Below, in pieces: positions 60,099-64,000 of a stretch of 64,000 nucleotides of DNA. The notes below the pieces were generated by a model. It saw only the letters and a program-made list of their open reading frames with translations, made no database searches and was not told the DNA's origin. This DNA is from Candidatus Poribacteria bacterium (lineage in GTDB: Bacteria; Poribacteria; WGA-4E; PCPOR2b), in assembly GCA_965215015.1 (NCBI GenBank), contig OZ244042.1, positions 3,136,001 through 3,200,000 of the forward strand. Reading direction: 5' to 3'. The first letter of the stretch is position 1, and the number at the start of each line of letters is the position of its first letter. The position numbers were made by a program, and so were the translations under genes.

Positions 60099-60457
60099 CT
60101 TTGACACCCCTTCTCAATCTGTTGTGCATATTGTGGAGATTAATTTCCTACAATATACAGTGGAATCCATTTTCTAACTGTAACTTCGATAAAATAACTT
60201 AGAAGGTGAAGTGTTGTTATTGAATATGATACATTATCAAGTTATTTTAGCATATCTGAATCTGTAAATGCAAGTGAAAATCCCCTGGCATGGGTGTATT
60301 TGACCAATAGTGTTAGTTTGCAACTGTTGATGCGCTCGCCGGTCAAGGACTGAGAGTGAAACGTGAAAACAATTTATTCATTGGTACATGAATGAACAAA
60401 TAAACTCTTGAACGATGTAGAAACGGCCGCCTTACCAATTCGCACCAAAAGTTATTG

Positions 60458-60705
60458 GAGGGGTGCTCATAAAGGAGTAGGCACGATCCGTCGTGCCGTA
60501 AACCATACAATCGTTACGGCATATGGCCTCGCTAACATGCAACTTCCATTAAACTCCCAACCATAACTTGAAAAACAAAGCATCTCCAATCCCGTAGGTG
60601 GGGTAAGATGCCCCATCTACTACTACCTGAGGGCCCTATCTGTATCCGCGTTTTCTGTACTATCTGCTGAATCCGTGATTCAAACAATAATTATGAGCAC
60701 CCCTC
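60458..60705. mobile_element. MITE-like element, copy 2 (248 bp, perfect 15-bp TIRs)
   Basis: GAGGGGTGCTCATAA (60458-60472) and TTATGAGCACCCCTC (60691-60705). Internal GTAG hairpin at 60594-60620. Confidence 0.85.
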
Positions 60706-60731
60706 AATTTATTTAGTGTACGGTTTCCGTT

Positions 60732-61088
60732 TTAAAAATAATTAACTGTCCAGAGTGTGCGCAAAACGATTAAGCCGATTCCCATCCCACCGAAGACAAG
60801 GATCAGCAGAATACTCACAAGCATTGCCAACCGGATGATTTGTTCTCCCAATGCGGGCTGCTCAACCGACCAAGCATGTGCTAGCCAGAAGGTCAAGGCA
60901 ACGCTGATAAGGATCAAAATTGATGCCCCTAAGACACCGAGCAGAAGCCCTGTGAAGTCAACCATCATCATACTTTCAATCAAGGAACCGCTCTGCGACC
61001 AACCTTTGATAACACCGATTAGAATCCCGATGAGACTGAGAATGAAAATTACAAAAGCGATTAGCGTTTTCTTGAATGCTGTTTTCAT
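60732..61088 (-). CDS. Hypothetical membrane protein (3 TM)
   Basis: Three hydrophobic segments. Starts 5 nt after the oxidase stop codon. Confidence 0.65.
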   Translation of the reverse strand: MKTAFKKTLIAFVIFILSLIGILIGVIKGWSQSGSLIESMMMVDFTGLLLGVLGASILILISVALTFWLAHAWSVEQPALGEQIIRLAMLVSILLILVFGGMGIGLIVLRTLWTVNYF

Positions 61089-61093
61089 GTCAC

Positions 61094-62509
61094 TCAGAAC
61101 GGTATGACCTTGCCGGGGTTCATAATATTTTGTGGATCTAGGGACTTTTTGATAGCGTACATCACGTCAACACCTAGTCCATGTTCCTGTTTAAGTGCCT
61201 CAATCTTGCCCAGTCCGATGCCGTGTTCACCGGTGCATGTGCCATCCATCTGGAGCGCGTATTCAACGAAAAGTTGGCTAAGCCGTTGCGCCTCCTTTAA
61301 TTCTTCAGGACGGTTGGGATCGAGGGGGAACACTACATGAAAATTGCCATCTCCTACGTGTCCGAGCAGGGGTGCAACTAGGTCGGAGGCTTGGATCTCC
61401 TGCTTAGTTTTCAGGATGCAATCCGCCAAGCGTGAGATAGGGACGCAAACGTCCGTGACGTACCCAACCGATCCGGGGCGAAGTGCCAGTGAGGCGTAAT
61501 AGCTATCATACCGTGCCTGCCAGAGCCGGTTGCGCTCTTCCTCCCCGGCTACCCATTGAAAGTCTTCGCCACCCTGTTCGCGGACAATTGCGCCCACAGT
61601 TTGCGCTTGCTCAGTCACCGCGGATTCCGAACCGTGAAATTCAAAAAGGAGCGTTGGAGCGACCTTGTAATCCAAGCTGGAGTATGCATTAACTGCATCC
61701 ATCTGAATTTCGTCTAGCAACTCCAGTCGAGCCACAGGAATGCCGGCTCCAATTACTTTAATGGCTGTATTTGCGGCTGCTGCGACCTCTGAAAACGTAC
61801 ATACTGCTGCTGAAACAGCCTCCGGCATCTTCGCCAACTTCAATATTACCTCTGTGATAACACCGAGCGTCCCTTCCGAACCCACAAATAATCGCGTCAA
61901 ATCATAGCCGGCGGCGGACTTACGAGCGCGCCCCCCGGCGCGGATAATGTTCCCATTGGCGGTTACTACGGTCAATCCCAGTACGTTCTCCCGCATGGTA
62001 CCGTAACGCACTGCGGCGTTGCCCGATGCGCGTGTCGCTGCCATACCGCCCAACGACGCGTCTGCCCCCGGATCGACAGGGAAGTAAAGCCCCGTCCCGG
62101 TTTCAGAAAGATGGATGTTGAGCTGGTTTCGTGTGACCCCCGCCTGCACTGTTGCGTCCATATCGTTCTGATTGACCTGAAGAATTTGGTCCATCTGGGT
62201 CAAATCGACGCAGATACCTCCGTGGATAGCGACAACTGCTCCTTCAACGCCGGTCCCTGTGCCGAAGGGGACAATCGGCATGGAATACCGGGCACAGATT
62301 TTCACGATCTGGGAAACTTCTGTGTTAGTGTGAGGGAATGCGACAGCATGTGGTAGATGGGGGAGGTGATGAGAAACATCCTTCGCATGATCCTCCCGAA
62401 TATCTTTCGCGGTAGTCAGACGGTTCCCCAGTAAACTGTACAATTCGTCAAACATTTCAGGACTCATAGCAGTATCCCGGTGATATTGTGCGGCTGCATA
62501 GCTACTCAT
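61094..62509 (-). CDS. FAD-linked oxidase, D-lactate dehydrogenase/GlcD family
   Basis: PFGTGTG, VDPGA.ASLGG, YDLTRLFVGSEGTLG, GHVGDGNFH, GEHGIG, MNPGK. Confidence 0.92.
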   Translation of the reverse strand: MSSYAAAQYHRDTAMSPEMFDELYSLLGNRLTTAKDIREDHAKDVSHHLPHLPHAVAFPHTNTEVSQIVKICARYSMPIVPFGTGTGVEGAVVAIHGGICVDLTQMDQILQVNQNDMDATVQAGVTRNQLNIHLSETGTGLYFPVDPGADASLGGMAATRASGNAAVRYGTMRENVLGLTVVTANGNIIRAGGRARKSAAGYDLTRLFVGSEGTLGVITEVILKLAKMPEAVSAAVCTFSEVAAAANTAIKVIGAGIPVARLELLDEIQMDAVNAYSSLDYKVAPTLLFEFHGSESAVTEQAQTVGAIVREQGGEDFQWVAGEEERNRLWQARYDSYYASLALRPGSVGYVTDVCVPISRLADCILKTKQEIQASDLVAPLLGHVGDGNFHVVFPLDPNRPEELKEAQRLSQLFVEYALQMDGTCTGEHGIGLGKIEALKQEHGLGVDVMYAIKKSLDPQNIMNPGKVIPF

Positions 62510-62618
62510 TCTATCCTTTCCCCATACATCGTGGTCAATCTCTTCTTGGTTTCCTCCGTGAACTAAGGATTGGGACATGCCCATCGGGAAGTGGTTTCAG
62601 GGGCCGGAGGTCAATTAT

Positions 62619-63542
62619 TTACGTTGGGCGTGTACGCGATGCCCCAAAGAGTTCCTCTAGCTTCTCCTGCACTTCGGTAAGCAGCCTTGGACTCGGTGGG
62701 GGGGTTGGCGGTCCGAGCAGATTGTTGGGATAAAGCCCTTGAAGTTGTACTGTTGATTTCATTACCCCTAACCAGTTTTTGTCAATTGCCCATTTGAGCC
62801 AAGGTTCTTCATAACGATAAACCATTGCCCATGCCTGAGCGTAGTTTCCGTCAACCAATAATTGATAAAACCGCAAGGCAATATCAGGACGGAAAGGCGC
62901 GATGGGACACAGATAGGCAGGCGATCCAATCTGATGTCCGAACACGAAGTTACGCATTTGCCCACCGCTGACTACGCCAAAGCCCTCATTCCGTGTGGCG
63001 CGAATCAGGTCGTAGTAGTCATAAAACGGGTGCGCGTCGTTCTTCATGCCAATGATGTTGGGTCGTTGCGCTAATTCTGCCACGACCTCCACGGGGAATG
63101 GCGGCGGTGCAACACCCCAGAGCAACAGTGGTATATTGGAGGCATCTTCGATCAGATCGAAGTATCGGACCAACGTCTCTCGTGTCTTGGGCAGCCAAGG
63201 ATTGATTTGCACCTTGACAGCATCAACGCGAAGAGCATCAGCGTGTTTCAGAAAATTGCGGGTTTGCGATGGCTTCCAGTAACTGGTAGACGCAATGCAA
63301 AGTGAGCGTCCGGCGTTGGCTGAAGCAACCGTCTCTGTCAATTCCCAGAGTTCTTCATCGCTGATGCTCGCAAATTCGCTGCTTCCGTAAGTGAGCAAAA
63401 GCACGGGGACATTCTCTTCGCACAGCCAGTTGACATAAGCTCCGACAGCATCGTAATTGATTGTGCCGTCTACGTTGAAACAGACATTGATAGGAACGAC
63501 CGGTCCTTTCATACGCTCTAACGCTTGTGCAGCTCTATCCAT
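62619..63542 (-). CDS. DHDPS/NAL family class I aldolase-like protein
   Basis: F..DGTINY, YGSSEF, IIGMKND (Schiff-base Lys). GGAGG RBS. Confidence 0.8.
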   Translation of the reverse strand: MDRAAQALERMKGPVVPINVCFNVDGTINYDAVGAYVNWLCEENVPVLLLTYGSSEFASISDEELWELTETVASANAGRSLCIASTSYWKPSQTRNFLKHADALRVDAVKVQINPWLPKTRETLVRYFDLIEDASNIPLLLWGVAPPPFPVEVVAELAQRPNIIGMKNDAHPFYDYYDLIRATRNEGFGVVSGGQMRNFVFGHQIGSPAYLCPIAPFRPDIALRFYQLLVDGNYAQAWAMVYRYEEPWLKWAIDKNWLGVMKSTVQLQGLYPNNLLGPPTPPPSPRLLTEVQEKLEELFGASRTRPT

Positions 63543-63580
63543 GATTAAGCCTCCAACAGAGATATACCTATAAGATGTTT

Positions 63581-64000
63581 CTACCATCTCGCCTGTTTAA
63601 GAAACTCCAACGCCATCAGTGTATGTCCTTCCTGATTTGGGTGGACACCATCCTCCGTTGTCCACAACGCTCCCGGTCGTGCAGCGACCGCCCTGTCAAA
63701 CGTTTCGTTTGTGCGTATTAATCGGGCGTTAAACTCGTCGGCGAGGCGATGGATAATCTCATTATAGGCATCAACACTTAGCGGGCGCGGTTGAACAACA
63801 TCTTCTTCAATATAAAAAATTTCAAATATGAAAAGCTCTGCACCCAATTCATCTTTCGCACGGGTGAGGATGCGCCGATAGGACGTCTCCCACTCTGGCA
63901 GATATGTTTCGTTTGGAATACCGGCCCCAAGTTGCCGTGACGCGTTATTGATGCCAATCTTCACTGACAACCAATCCGGTTTTTCGGCGATAACGTCTAT
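63581..64000 (-). CDS. SGNH/GDSL hydrolase, 3' part; starts beyond window end
   Basis: PDWLSVKIGINN (block III) and DGVHPNQEGH (block V). Confidence 0.85.
   Translation of the reverse strand: MDVIAEKPDWLSVKIGINNASRQLGAGIPNETYLPEWETSYRRILTRAKDELGAELFIFEIFYIEEDVVQPRPLSVDAYNEIIHRLADEFNARLIRTNETFDRAVAARPGALWTTEDGVHPNQEGHTLMALEFLKQARW

Noticed and set aside
60108-60300. L20 leader RNA upstream of infC
   Set aside because: The region is AT-rich with a plausible promoter, but I could not identify the conserved leader structure by eye.
1-64000. tRNA, rRNA, prophage or defence island
   Set aside because: No cloverleaf or rRNA-like segments, phage structural genes, integrase or intact defence genes were recognised.

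Overview
A 64-kb bacterial chromosomal segment of about 50% GC. The organism is a diderm, since it encodes an Omp85-type barrel. Gene content and repeat style suggest a Candidatus Poribacteria-like organism, but this is inference only. Housekeeping genes: infC-rpmI-rplT-pheS-pheT (with an AUU-start infC and a Phe T-box riboswitch), tyrA-cmk-plsC, dapB and thiO. There are many catabolic enzymes (enolase superfamily, RraA-like, ThDP enzyme, amidohydrolases, PhyH and TauD dioxygenases, SDRs, UxuA, DHDPS-like, GlcD-like) and a form II coxSLM molybdenum hydroxylase. The most striking accessory locus is a 1487-aa fusion of fatty acyl reductase, adenylation domain, ACP and acyltransferase, followed by a HAD-IB phosphatase. 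This is the architecture of the myxobacterial ether-lipid enzyme ElbD, but the adenylation motifs here are degenerate. Other notable items: an ECF sigma-ankyrin fusion split by one extra G in a G7 tract, an atypical transketolase, a DUF4252-like/POTRA/Omp85 protein with a recent internal duplication, a ~245-bp MITE-like element carrying REP-like hairpins, several families of short intergenic palindromes, and several deletion-type gene relics. No rRNA, tRNA or CRISPR array was seen.
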